DNA of 64,000 nt from Malacoraja senta (taxonomy: Eukaryota): the NCBI GenBank assembly GCA_038087875.1, contig CM075988.1, positions 23,376,001-23,440,000 on the forward strand, read 5' to 3'. How positions within the stretch are numbered: position 1 is the first letter of the stretch; the number at the start of each line of letters is the position of its first letter. Of the stretch, positions 1 through 11,030 are shown in pieces. Under the pieces are notes generated by a model that was not told the origin of the DNA, searched no databases, and saw nothing but the letters and a program-made list of their open reading frames with translations. The translations under genes and the position numbers were made by a program.

Positions 1-1650
1 TATCGCTGGTCGGCGCGGACTCGGTGGGCCGAAGGGCCTGTTTCCGAACTGTATCTCTAAACTAAACTAAGCACTGGTCACAAGGCTCCAATCAGAACCT
101 CAGTTCCACCCTCTGACTCCCGTATATAAAATTATGAAAGGCTCGATATGGTAGACAGTCAGAACCTTTTTCCCAGGAAGAAAAGTCAGATACTGGAGGG
201 CGCAGCTTTAAGGTGAGAGTGGCAAAGTTTAAGGGAGGTGTGCAGGGCATGTGGAGAGAGCAAGTTTTTAAAATGCCGCATTCATATCTGCCTCAACCAC
301 CTCCCCTGGCAGCGCTGCCAGGGAAGGTGGCTGAGGCAGATATGAATGCGGCATTTTAAAAACTTTTGGGTATGCAGGGAATGGAGGAACACAGGTAATG
401 GGCAGCTAGATAAGAAATGGTCTTGGCATCATGTTCGGCACATACATTCTGGGCCGAAGGGCCTTTTCTTGTGCTGTACTGTTCTATGTTCCATCAAGCC
501 AATTTTGAATCCAATTAGTTATCTCAGAAGTGACCTTATGTAATTACTGTAAATCTCCAGGCTAACATAACGACCTAATTTACAGTTCATTTCACCCACT
601 AGAACAGTTCAGTTTAGTTTATTGTCACGTGTACTGAGGTACAGTGAAGAGCTTTAGTCGCGTGCTATCCAGCCAGCAGAAAGACAATACATGATTACAA
701 TTGAGTCGTTTACCGTGTATAGATGCATTTTTTAACGTGGGTGTTGGCTCGAGTTCCCAGGGGAAATACGCACAGCCACAAAGGGAACGTGCAAACTCCT
801 CACAGACCGCACCCAAGGCCACAATTTGAACCCGGGTCCCTGAAGCTGCGGTCAGAGAATTTTGAATATTTTTCCATGGAAAGAATTTGAAATAAATGTT
901 ATTTTGTAATGAAACATTAGACACAACCCGATTGCTAAAATACGCAGATTGCTCGCAACCGTGCATCTAGCGTACCTGAACCAATATTACAAACACATAG
1001 ATAGACACAAAATGCTTGAGTAAGTCAGCGGGACAGGCAGCATCTCTGGAGAGAAGGAATGGGCGATGTTTCGGGTCGAGACACTTCTTCGTAACCGCGT
1101 TTAAGTCATGTAATTCAATACAGATTGAGATTTAAACCTCGTCAACAATTAATGTGCAATGTTGTATTTGATTTGAGCTATCTTCCCTTAACTTTGCTTT
1201 GTGTTTTGGGTGGTGATAAAAGCAAGATCCTGTTGACAAAGTATAATTACAGTATACAGGGTTCATTGTTAAATAACCAGAGGCCGAGGTTAAATGGAGT
1301 TTAATTATTGTCTTGCGTTTGTTTGGCGTTAATTTCCTTTCAATATCACAGTTCCCGTGACATTCCACCCAATGTTACTACTCCACAGCTTCTCCCACTG
1401 AGTTTCTGACAGAATAAGTGGTAGAATCCTGCAGAAATTATAAGCTTTTTGATGGATTGCACCCCGAATTAATGGTCAGGCCTGTGCTTCTGACATGATG
1501 ATACCAATCAAATACTGAACTAAAATAAACTGACCTTAGACCTTAGACCTTTCTGTCCTGGGCCTCCTCCATGGCCAGAGTAAGTCCCACCGCAAATTGG
1601 AGGAACAGCACCTCATATTTCGCTTGGGTAGTTTACACCCCAGCGGTATG

Positions 1651-1890
1651 AGTCAAGTTGTTTTATTTATTTATATAGCACATTTTAAAAACAACTCTCG
1701 TTGGCCAAAGTGCTTTACATTGGTGGAGGTACTAACGTTATACAACAGTGGTTCATAGATTAAATACAAACATCACTACATACATAAAGCCCTCGCTCAG
1801 AGGACGTCAAGAAAGGCTTGGGAGTAGAGATGAGTTTTAAGTCTCGACTTAAAGGAGTCGATGGAGGGGGCAGATCTGATGGGAAGAGGG
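1651..1890 (-). mobile_element. L2 LINE 3' end nested in the Penelope-like fragment
   Basis: Minus strand encodes IRSAPSIDSFKSRLKTHLYSQAF, a typical L2 ORF2 C-terminus, and ends tgtaaagcactttg...aaatgtgctatataaataaa. Confidence 0.8.
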
Positions 1891-2019
1891 ATTGACTTCT
1901 CCAATTTCAGGTAGTCCTTGCTTTCTCCCTCCTTCCCCTCCCCTTCCCAGCTCTCCCACAGCCTACTGTCTCCGCCTCTTCCTTTCTTCTTCCCGTGCCC
2001 CCTCCCCCCCCACCCCCTC

Positions 2020-2059
2020 ATAGGTCTGAAGAAGGGTCTCGACCCGAAACGTCACCTAT
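2020..2059 (+). ncRNA. Minimal type I hammerhead ribozyme motif (Penelope-associated)
   Basis: ATAGGT-CTGAAGA-A-GGGT-CTCG-ACCC-GAAA-C-GTC-ACCTAT: conserved core, stem II, palindromic ACGT stem III and a perfect 6-bp stem I. Confidence 0.75.
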
Positions 2060-2198
2060 TCCTTCTCTCCATAGATGCAGCCTCACCCACTGAGTTTCTC
2101 CAGCATTTTTGTCCACCTACGATCTTGTAAGTAATCTGAGACTAAAGAGATGGAATGAATCTTGCTAACAGGACCTCGGTTTCCCTTCTGATAAACAG

Positions 2199-2346
2199 GG
2201 TGGTAATGTGATGGATATCACGAGCGAAGGTAACAAGGTGGTGGTGACGAAACTCAGTCGAAAGGACAGCGGAGTTTACGGCTGCAAAGTCCTGGACCTG
2301 GACTCATTTGACGAATTTGCTAGCAACAAGACGATAATAGTCAACT
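2199..2346 (+). CDS. MCAM: MCAM/CD146 exon, second half of Ig domain 3 (upstream exons lie outside the window)
   Basis: Acceptor ttcccttctgataaacag, branch-like ctaac at 2165-2169, donor t|gtgggt. Reads GGNVMDITSEGNKVVVTKLSRKDSGVYGCKVLDLDSFDEFASNKTIIVN with the Ig F-strand DxGxYxC motif. Phase 0 to 1. Confidence 0.88.
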
Positions 2347-2434
2347 GTGGGTATTTATTTTCTCATTCCTTTCCTCTTCCTCCTCTCCCAAATGCTCCTG
2401 GCCGCCGCATTCCATTAGTGCAGCCATGTTAACA

Positions 2435-2860
2435 TAACGTATGATGAGCGTTTGACCGCACTGGGCCTCTACTCGCTGGAGTTTAGAAGGATGAGGGGGC
2501 CCCTCATTGAAACTTACCGAATAATGAAAGGACTGGATAGAGTGGATGTGGAGAGGATGTTTCCACTAGTGGGAGAGTCCAGGACCAGAGGCCAGAGCCT
2601 CAGAATAAAAGGACGTACCTTTAAGAAGGAGACAAAGAGGAATTTCTAAAGTCTGAGGCTGGTGAATCTGTGGAATTCTTTGCCACTGAAGGCTGTGGAG
2701 GCCAAGTCAATAGATATTTTTAAGGCAGAGATAGATAGATTCTTGATTAGTGCGGGTGTTGGGGGTTGTGGGGAGAAGGCAGGAGAATGGGGTTGAGAGG
2801 GAGAGATAGATCAGACTTGATGGGCCGAATGGCCTTATTCTGCTCCGATCACTTATGCAT
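2435..2860 (+). mobile_element. CR1 LINE 3' fragment
   Basis: Encodes LGLYSLEFRRMRGPLIETYRIMKGLDRVDVERMFPLVGESRTRG, the CR1 ORF2 C-terminus, plus 3'UTR. Confidence 0.85.
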
Positions 2861-2898
2861 TTATGTGCTTCTCTGTTTCCTGTGCTCCCTTCAAACAG

Positions 2899-3023
2899 AT
2901 GTGGATCCCATCATGTTGACCCCAAAAGGTCCCTACGTTTTTACAGAGGGTGAGAAAAATGTGCGCATCTCTTGTGAAGCAGAAGCATCACAACAGTTAA
3001 CTGTGGTCTGGACAAAACGCAAG
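2899..3023 (+). CDS. MCAM: MCAM exon, first half of Ig domain 4
   Basis: Acceptor ctcccttcaaacag, donor aag|gtagga. Reads (Y)VDPIMLTPKGPYVFTEGEKNVRISCEAEASQQLTVVWTKRK, with B-strand Cys and C-strand Trp. Phase fits both neighbours. Confidence 0.9.
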
Positions 3024-3552
3024 GTAGGAATAAAGCTTCTCAAATAAAGTGAAGAAGGGTCTCGACCCGAAACGTCACCCATCCCTTCTATCCAGAGATA
3101 CTGCCTGTCCCACTGAGTTATTCCAGCATTTTGTGTCTATCCATGTACCTGTTTAACTGTTTCTTAAACGTTGAGATAGTCCCCACCTCAACGACCTCCT
3201 CTGGCAGCTCGTTCCATACACCCACCACCCTTTGTGTGATAAAGTTATCCCTCAGATTCCCATTAAATCTTTTCCCCTTCACCTTAAACCTAAGGTGAAG
3301 ATAGCTCACCTTAAATCCCGTGGATTTATTTAGGTTTAATTTGTTAGTGGCTTAATAAACTACAAACACTAAATATTTTAAGTTTCCCACTACTGGAAAT
3401 TCCCTCTCCACATCCACTCAATCTAGGCCCATGTTCGTTGCTGAAGCGGGGGGGGGGTTATAGGGGAACGTGAGGGGCATTTCTTTCACACGGTGCATTT
3501 TTAACATTGTAATTATATCCCATTCACTTTCTTTATTAACCATCTCTTTCAG

Positions 3553-3691
3553 AAGACAGTGGTCAGCAATGGAAAATGGCTCAAACTGCCCATGGTTGCA
3601 TTAGATGATGCTGGAAACTACAGCTGCAAAGTTGCCGTGCCTGGTGTGCCCAGCCTGAACCGGCAAAAGACGATCAGTATTGTGGTCATAG
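3553..3691 (+). CDS. MCAM: MCAM exon, second half of Ig domain 4
   Basis: Acceptor tctctttcag (NAGNAG cag/aag), donor g|gtacgt. Reads KTVVSNGKWLKLPMVALDDAGNYSCKVAVPGVPSLNRQKTISIVVI, resembling mammalian MCAM GGYRCVASVPSIPGLNR. Confidence 0.9.
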
Positions 3692-4020
3692 GTACGTCTG
3701 TACCATCACCATTAGAGCGTGCATGGGAGCATAACATAGGAGCAGAGTTAGGCCATTCGGCCCATTGAGTCTGCACCGCCATTCGATCATGGCTGATCTG
3801 TTTTTCTCTTTCAACCCCATTCTCCTGCTTCTCGTAACCTCAGACACCTTGAATGATCAAGACTCGACACGTCACCCATTCCTTCTCTCCGGAAATGCTG
3901 CCTGTCCCGCTGAGAGTTACTCCAGCATCTCGTGTCTATCTAGGCTTTGTACGGTTTGGTGCGTTGATGCGGTGTCCCAAGGAGTCAACTCTTCTTGACT
4001 GTCTCTGTCTCTGTCTGCAG

Positions 4021-4142
4021 GACCGCCACACGTCAACTGTACCACAGAGAAATTCCAGAAGAATGGACCCTATGTGAACCTGACATGTGTGTTCCACGGA
4101 GACCCGATACCGGTGGTCACGTGTGATGCAGACAAGGAACCG
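4021..4142 (+). CDS. MCAM: MCAM exon, first half of Ig domain 5
   Basis: Acceptor tctctgtctctgtctgcag, donor ccg|gtatgt. Reads (G)PPHVNCTTEKFQKNGPYVNLTCVFHGDPIPVVTCDADKEP, in a frame the ORF track does not show. Confidence 0.88.
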
Positions 4143-5531
4143 GTATGTATATAGTGAGCAAATCAGCTCTCTGGCCCTAAATAAATGTAATGTAGTATAT
4201 ATTGTGGTGTGTACAATTATGAGATGCACAGACAGGGTAGACAGTCAGAACCTTTTTCCCAGGGTGCAATGTCAAAGACTAGCTTTAAGGTGAGAGGGGC
4301 AAAGTTTAAAGGAGATGTGAGGAGCATGTATTTTACACAGAAGGTGATGGGTGTCTGAAACGTGTTGCCAGGGGCAGTGGTGGAGGCAGGTGCTATAGCG
4401 GTGTTAAAGAGGCTTTTAGATAGATACGTTGGTACACAGGGAATAGAGGGATACGGGTCACATGCGGGCAGAGGAGATTGTCCTGGTATTACGTTCGGCA
4501 CAGACATTACAGGCCAGAGGGCTTGTCCCTGTGCTGTAGTGTTCTCTGTTCCATGTTCTAATATCAGTTAAAGCATGTCAAAGAATGAACAAGGCTCCCA
4601 GTCTGCCAATATAAGGCCCACACATTGAACAAATACAACCGAAGATCAACGGGAATGTCTCATCGCTAAGATTTATCCAAGAACTCGGACTATCCTAGGA
4701 CTATCTTTGATGGGTCTTTACTGGACTCTATCTTGCACTAAACATTATTCACGCTATCCCCTTTATCATGTGTCTGTACACTGCAGACAGCTTGATTGTC
4801 ATCATGTATTGTCTTTCCGCCGACTGGTTGGCACGCAACAAAAGCTTTTCACTGTACCTCGGTACACGTGACAATAAACTCAACTCAAACTCAGTTCAGG
4901 TGCAGTGAAAAACTCAAGTGCTTTACACACAAGAATCCACAAATTGCAATGAAATGAATGGCCATTTGCTATGGTTATAGTTGAGGAAGAAATCAGGAAA
5001 AGGGAACAGATCTTTTTTTCTTGAGGGGTGTCGTGAGATTATTAACACCCATCTTAATAATCAAGGATTTCACAAGGGTTGCCCAAAAAGCCAAGGAAAT
5101 CCTGTTCTCATAATCGTTAAGGGTCCCTTTATAAAAAGGGGACAAGGATCTCCCTTGTATCTGGGCAGCTTTACATTGAGGAGAGCAAGGCGACCAAGTC
5201 AGGTCAAGATGTCAGTGGAGGTTTCCTCAACGTCTTGATTCCTTTGACCTGCTGGGTTTGACGTGTATGTTTCTCCTCCTCTCTCTCGTGCCTGCACTTT
5301 GTTTCACCTCCCACTGCGTTGTTTGTCCCGACCAGACTGTTCCAGAGGTCTTGCTGCAATTTACAGTTCAGTTCAGTTTAGTTTAGAATGGTTTACTTCA
5401 GTTTAGTTTAGATTGTTCTACTTTAGTTCAGTTCAGTTCCGTTACAGCGAGACGCGTGTTGAGTTGAACAAAGAACAGTTCACATACAACTGGGGATGGT
5501 TCTCCCAAAGTCCTTTATAATAACAGGGCAC

Positions 5532-5922
5532 CTGATAAAGCAGACCAATTTTTCAAAACATGGTCTCCTTTCACCGAATTTCTTCAACAACAGAATGGGT
5601 TGAACACAAATTTAAAACCGATGCTTGGGATGGGTGAGCGGTGGGGGGGGGAGGGGGGGGGGGGAGATAATGGGGGATATCTCCATCTTCGTTTTTTTCA
5701 TTTCTCTTCTTTCTTCTCGCACTTCTTTGTTAGTTTAGGGGTCTTTTCTTTTCTTTCTTTTCATTTTTCCCCTTTTTCTTCATTCTTTCCTTTTTTCTCT
5801 TTTTTTTCTGATTCATGTATTAATGTTAAAAATGAAGCTGTACGAAAATTGTATAACTTTCATGTCGATTGCTTTATTCTTGTGCAATTGCTTCTAATAA
5901 AAATAATTCCCCCAAAAATAAA
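5532..5922 (+). mobile_element. L1/Tx1-like LINE 3' fragment with 13-bp target-site duplication
   Basis: Homologous to the reverse complement of the 9160-9790 element. G-run, T-rich 3'UTR, AATAAA and A-rich tail. Flanked by aataacagggcac at 5519-5531 and 5923-5935. Confidence 0.65.
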
Positions 5923-7535
5923 AATAACAGGGCACAGCCCTAAGTCAGGTGGGAACCTCTTCCCGCCAAACCTAGCCACGTGACCCTGCCAGTCCTGGGG
6001 CCGTGGGTTCGCCCAACAAGTGGCCTAACCACCGGGTGGCGCCACACAGTTTAGAGATACAGCTAGAGATGGGACAGCTTGGATGAGAATGGGAGTTTTC
6101 TCCCAAAAAGACATTAATGAATCACATCCGGTAGTTTTGTGCTTTATCAAGACTGTGTGACGCTTTTTTGAATGTCTTTTGAAAATCCAAGTATTCTGTT
6201 TACTTTTGTACACTCTGCAAGTTAGACTTCCAAAAATTCATCAGGGATTAATCAACTTTTACAAAAGCATATTGCTTCTCTCCAGTCATCATTTGCCAGA
6301 CGACCAGTTGCCATATTCCTTAACAATAATTACAATAATCTGAAGAAGGGTCTCGACCCGAAACATCACCCGTCCCCTCTTCCCAGAGATGCTGCCTGTC
6401 CCGCTGAGTTACTCCAGCATTTTGTGTCTACCTTCGAGTTAAACCAACATCTGCACAAGTTCCTTCCTACACAATAACCTTCCCTCTTTCTAATGTCAAC
6501 ATTTGTTTCCCTGCTCTGTTTAACTTCCTTTCGTAAATAGTGGGGCTGCGGTTTACAGCTTTCCAGCCCGAAGGGTCCCAACCTGAAGCGTCACTGATCC
6601 CATGTGATTCTACCAAGATGGCGCCCATGCCAGGCGGCTCCTTGCGTGCTGGATCTACAATCACGCATTACAATCGCTCCACTCTTAAATCTCTAATCCT
6701 GCAGCTTACTTTACCCGTGGACTATCTTTGATCGGACTTTACTGTGTTTTTTCTTGCACTAAACCTCATTCACATTATTCCCCTTATCATGTATCTGCAC
6801 ACTGTAGATGGCCCGATTGTAAGCATGTATTGTCTTTCCGCTGACTGGTTAGCATGCAACAGCTTTTCACTTTTGTACCTCCGTACACATGACAATAAAC
6901 TAAACTCAAACTCAAAATCCGTGCCACCTCGCGATGCTGCCCGACCCGCTGCATTACTCCATCACTTTGCATTTGTTTCTCACGTCTCCAGCGTCTGCAT
7001 TTCCTCCTGTCCCTGCTTTCATGCCTGTTTCCCTCGATCCTCTGAAGCATGGATACTCATGGTCACGCTCGCTCTTCACAGCTTAGAGAGGGAAATTAAA
7101 TAGAGTCACACCGCATGGAAACAGACCCATCGGCCCAACTTGCCCACACCGGCCAACATGTCCCAGCTACACTAGTCCCACCTGCCTGTGTTTGGCCCAT
7201 ATCCATCCAAACCTGTCCTATCCATGTACCTGTCTAACTGTTTCTTAAACATTGCAATAGTCTGTTGTTGCTGAAGCAAAGCAAGAATTTCATTGTCCTA
7301 TCAGGAACACATGACAATAAACTCTCTTGAATCTTGAATCTAGTCCCAGCCTCAACTCCGTCCTCTGGCAGCTCGTTCCATACACCCACCACCCTTTGTG
7401 TGAAAAAGTTATTCCTCAGATTCCTATTAAATCTTGTCCCCTTCATCTTGAACTTAATAATATTGGACTCTGGAACATTTTCTGTGCTGCCACAGTTACT
7501 CAGATAAGTTTGTGTTTTTGTTTCTCTGTGCATAG

Positions 7536-7671
7536 ACGTTAAGGTATCATCTCCAAAAGAATTACGTTGTGAGTGAGCTGATTCTGCCCCTACCCCTGGG
7601 AGAGCTGCAACTGACCTGCAACGGCACCAACAAGCATGGCAACGATTATTATCCCTTCATCGTGCAAGGAG
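7536..7671 (+). CDS. MCAM: MCAM exon, second half of Ig domain 5
   Basis: Acceptor tttttgtttctctgtgcatag, donor g|gtgagc. Reads TLRYHLQKNYVVSELILPLPLGELQLTCNGTNKHGNDYYPFIVQG with the CxxxNxxG motif. Phase 0 to 1. Confidence 0.87.
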
Positions 7672-9159
7672 GTGAGCGAGCGTCTGATCCCAGGCGGGCC
7701 CCAAGTAGATTGAAGAGTTGGCATCACGTGACGCATTCTTCCCAAAGGTTCCCCGTGTGGTTTCTCCCCCACCCTCCTCAATATCTACCTAATGATGGAG
7801 TCATCCTCCTTTTTCAACTCCTCCAATCTCAGTTCACTCAGCAGTGGCTTCTCTGTGCAGCAAAGAAGGTGAAAACAGATTCAAATTCACGAGTAGTTTT
7901 TGCAAGTGTAAATAGTAGAAACTACAGCAGCTAAAAGGGCTGATGAATATGGTGCACAATGCAGACTTGAGCTGATGATCAAAGAGCCGCAGATGTCACA
8001 CCAAAGATTTCCAGCGCCTTATCAATCAGCAAGTTGTTGGAGATTTGGATGACGCTCAGGTCTCAGAAATACTACGTTAAAAGGCAAGCAAGCAAATGTA
8101 AAACAGTGTAGGAAGGAACTGCAGATGCTGGTTTAAACCGAAGATAGACACAAAACGCTGGAGTAACTCAGCGGGACAGGCAGCGTCTCTGCTTCACAAT
8201 AATCAGGAGGTCACTTGCGAGCAGATTAGGAAAGAATAAGGAGTAAGCCATTTAGAACGGAGACGAGGAAACACTTTTTCTCACAGAGTGGTGAGTCTGT
8301 GGAATTCTCTGCCTCAGAGGGCGGTGGAGGCGGATCCTCTGGATGCTTTCAAGAGAGAGCTAGATAGGGCTCTTAAAGATAGCGGAGTAAGGGGATATGG
8401 GGAAAAGGCAGGAACGGGGTACTGATTCAGATTCAGATTCAACTTTATTGTCATTGTGCAGTGTACAGTACAGAGACAACGAAATGCAGTTAGCATCTCC
8501 CTAGAAGAGCGACATAAATATGAGCAATAAATAAATCTAATATATCCTGGTGGGAGGAGTGTCGGGGGAGGGGGGGGGGTGATTGGCAGTCACCGAGGTA
8601 CAGTGTTGAGTAGTGTAACAGCCGCAGGGAAGAAGCTGTTCCTGGACCTGCTGGTCCGACAACGGAGAGACCTGTAGCGCCTCCCGGATGGTAGGAGGGT
8701 AAACAGTCTGGTTGGGGTGAGATTGGGGATGATCAGCCATGATCACATTGAATGGCGGTGCTGGCTCGAAGGGCCAAATGGCCTCCTCCTGCACCTATTC
8801 ATTGTCCATTGTCTATTATTCAGATGTCCCATTTCTGTATTTGGTGCTCGAGCTCATCCACAAAAGGCTGGCATTTCCTACCACCCGCCCCGCGTTTCCT
8901 GTTCCACTTAATCAGTTGATTGATCGGGTGTTTATGTAACTCCCTCATCATGAGCACGTCATTTTGCTGTCACAGATTACACGCTGCTGGAGGACACAGC
9001 CCCTTTCAGACAGAAATAGCGCAGCTATTGAATTCTTCACTGCAGCAGCATTGTTTGGGGGCAGTGGCAGCCGTTCTCAGCTGGAAGTATGTGACCGTGT
9101 GTGTGGAACATCGACATAGAGCTAGCTCCGTGCTTATATATTTTTTTAAATAAAACAAT

Positions 9160-9790
9160 TTAATTATTTTTATTAGAAGCAATTGTACAAGAATAGAACA
9201 ATCGGCATATAAAATTAAACGGTTAATGTACAGCTTTGATTTTAACTTTATAACTTGAAAATAAGGGAAAAGAAAAGAGAAAAAACAAGAGAGAGAAAAA
9301 GTGAGAGGTGCAAAGATAGGACCCCTAGACTACCAAAGTAGTGTAGCCATAGAGTGAATAAAAGAAAGGAAGAAGGGAAAAAAAAAAAAAAAAAAGTGGT
9401 GATATACCTGCCTCTCGTCCCCGTCCCCCCACCCACCTCACCCAACCCATAGTTGGATTTAAATCCAAAGTTGGGTTGTGCCATACTATCCTTGTAAGAA
9501 TTCGGTGAAGGGTGTCCATGTCTTGAAAAATTGATCTGTTTTTTCTGCCAAGACTAATATTTTCCAAATGTAGTGTCTCGGACATGTTTGTAATCCACAT
9601 CTTCACTGTAGGGACTGATGTCTGTTTCCAAAATTTAAGTATTTTGTTTTTTCGCCGTTATCAGGCCATAGTTAAGGAAATGTCTTTGAAATAATGTTAG
9701 CTCAGAACAGGCTTCTGACGTACCTAGGGTCCAATTTTATTTTAAGTATTTTAGAAAAAATTTCAAAAATTCCCCTCCAGAAATCATGTG
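9160..9790 (-). mobile_element. L1/Tx1-like LINE 3' fragment
   Basis: Minus strand encodes a frameshifted ORF2 C-terminus (WKQTSVPTVKMWITNMSETLHLE), then a G-rich and T-rich 3'UTR and aataaa. Confidence 0.65.
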
Positions 9791-10019
9791 CTTATCTTTA
9801 GTCAGGAAATTCATTCCCCAGACCACCAAAGGATTCAAAAAGTCTTCTCTTGTAATTCTTCCGAAATCTTTAGATTTTGTTTGTGAAATCGGTCCATTAT
9901 GAAAGATTTCCAGAGAGAATTCTTTATTAATTATAGATTATAAATGATCACGGTAAAGGCACGGCGGCCCAGCGGTATTTGCACATGTGTTGCAAATCAT
10001 TACAGACCTCTGCATTCAG

Positions 10020-10712
10020 ACACTCCCTCCGTAACTCCCTTGTCAATTCTTCCCTTCCCTCCCGTACCACCCTCTCCCCGGGTACTTTCCCTTGCAACCG
10101 CAAGAGATGCAACACTTGTCCCTTCACCTCCCCCCTCGACTCCATTCAAGGACCCAAGCAGTCGTTCCAGGTGCGACAGAGGTTCACCTGCATCTCCTCC
10201 AACCTCATCTATTGCATCCGCTGCTCTAGATGCCAGCTGATCTACATCGGTGAGACCAAGCGGAGGCTTGGCGATCGTTTCACCGAACACCTCCGGTCGG
10301 TCCGCAATAAACAACCTGACCTCCCGGTGGCTCAGCACTTCAACTCCCCCTCCCATTCCGTATCTGACTTCTCTGTCCTGGGTCTCCTCCATGGCCACAG
10401 CGAGCAACACCGGAAATTGGAGGAAATGCACCTCATATTCCGCTTGGGCAGTCTACATCCTGGGGGCTTGAACATTGAATTCTCCCAATTCTGCTAGCCC
10501 TTGCTGTCCCCCCCTCTTCATCAGCCCTCTGGTTGTCTCCTCCCCTCCCCTAGCCCTCGGGCTCCTCCTCCGCCTTTTTTCCTTTTTTCCTTTCTTCTCC
10601 CCACCCCCTATCAGTCTGAAGAAGGGTTTCGGCCCGAAACTTTGCCTATTTCCTTCGCTCCATAGATGCTGCTGCACCCGCTGAGTTTCTCCAGCATTTT
10701 TGTGTACTTCCA
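10020..10712 (+). mobile_element. Penelope-like (Neptune-type) retroelement, 5'-truncated, with an open GIY-YIG endonuclease reading frame and terminal repeat
   Basis: ORF 9979-10497 has a CNRKRCNTC zinc-knuckle linker, LIYCIRCSRCQLIYIGETKRRLGDRFTEH, HFN and GLN motifs. The tail carries a degenerate hammerhead (about 10611-10650). Confidence 0.9.
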
Positions 10713-10819
10713 ACACACACATGATCTTTCAGTAAAACCCTCAGCTGCATCACTGATACGGATTGAGTTTCAGGTCAACAGCATTTCACATGGTTCACAG
10801 ACAGAACATTGGGGAAGAA

Positions 10820-11030
10820 TGTGTCGGAAAGAACTGCAGATGCTGGTTTAAATCGAAGATAGACACAAAATGCTGGAGTAACTCAGCAGGACAGGCAGCA
10901 TCTCTGGAGAGAAGGAATGGGTGACGTTTCAGATCGAGACCCTTCTTCTTCAGACTTCTTCAGAGCCTCGACCCTTCTCTCCAGAGATGCCGCCTGTCTC
11001 GCTGGGTTACTCCAGCATTTTGTGTCTGCT
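10820..11030. mobile_element. Fold-back Penelope-terminal unit with target-site duplication
   Basis: Inverted arms agacacaaaatgctggagtaac...ctctggagagaagg and their complement. Flanked by acattggggaagaa and acattgggaaagaa. Confidence 0.75.

Larger units (their letters stand above)
1547..2118 (+). mobile_element. Penelope-like (Neptune-type) element 3' fragment: end of GIY-YIG ORF plus hammerhead-bearing tail, split by an L2 insertion
   Basis: 1547-1650 encodes SVLGLLHGQSKSHRKLEEQHLIFRLGSLHPSGM, homologous to the end of ORF 9979-10497. It resumes at about 1890 (attgacttctccaatttcaggtag), then a pyrimidine tract and ctgaagaagggtctcgacccgaaacgtc. Confidence 0.85.

Noticed and set aside
6340..6370. 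Other hammerhead-like copies (6340, 10616, 12789, 13853, 18076)
   Set aside because: The core, the ACGT palindrome or stem I is disrupted, so they were not called as ribozymes.
7672..7934. Open frame continuing past the Ig5 exon donor (121-aa ORF)
   Set aside because: No recognisable protein features and a good donor at 7672; intron retention cannot be supported from sequence alone.
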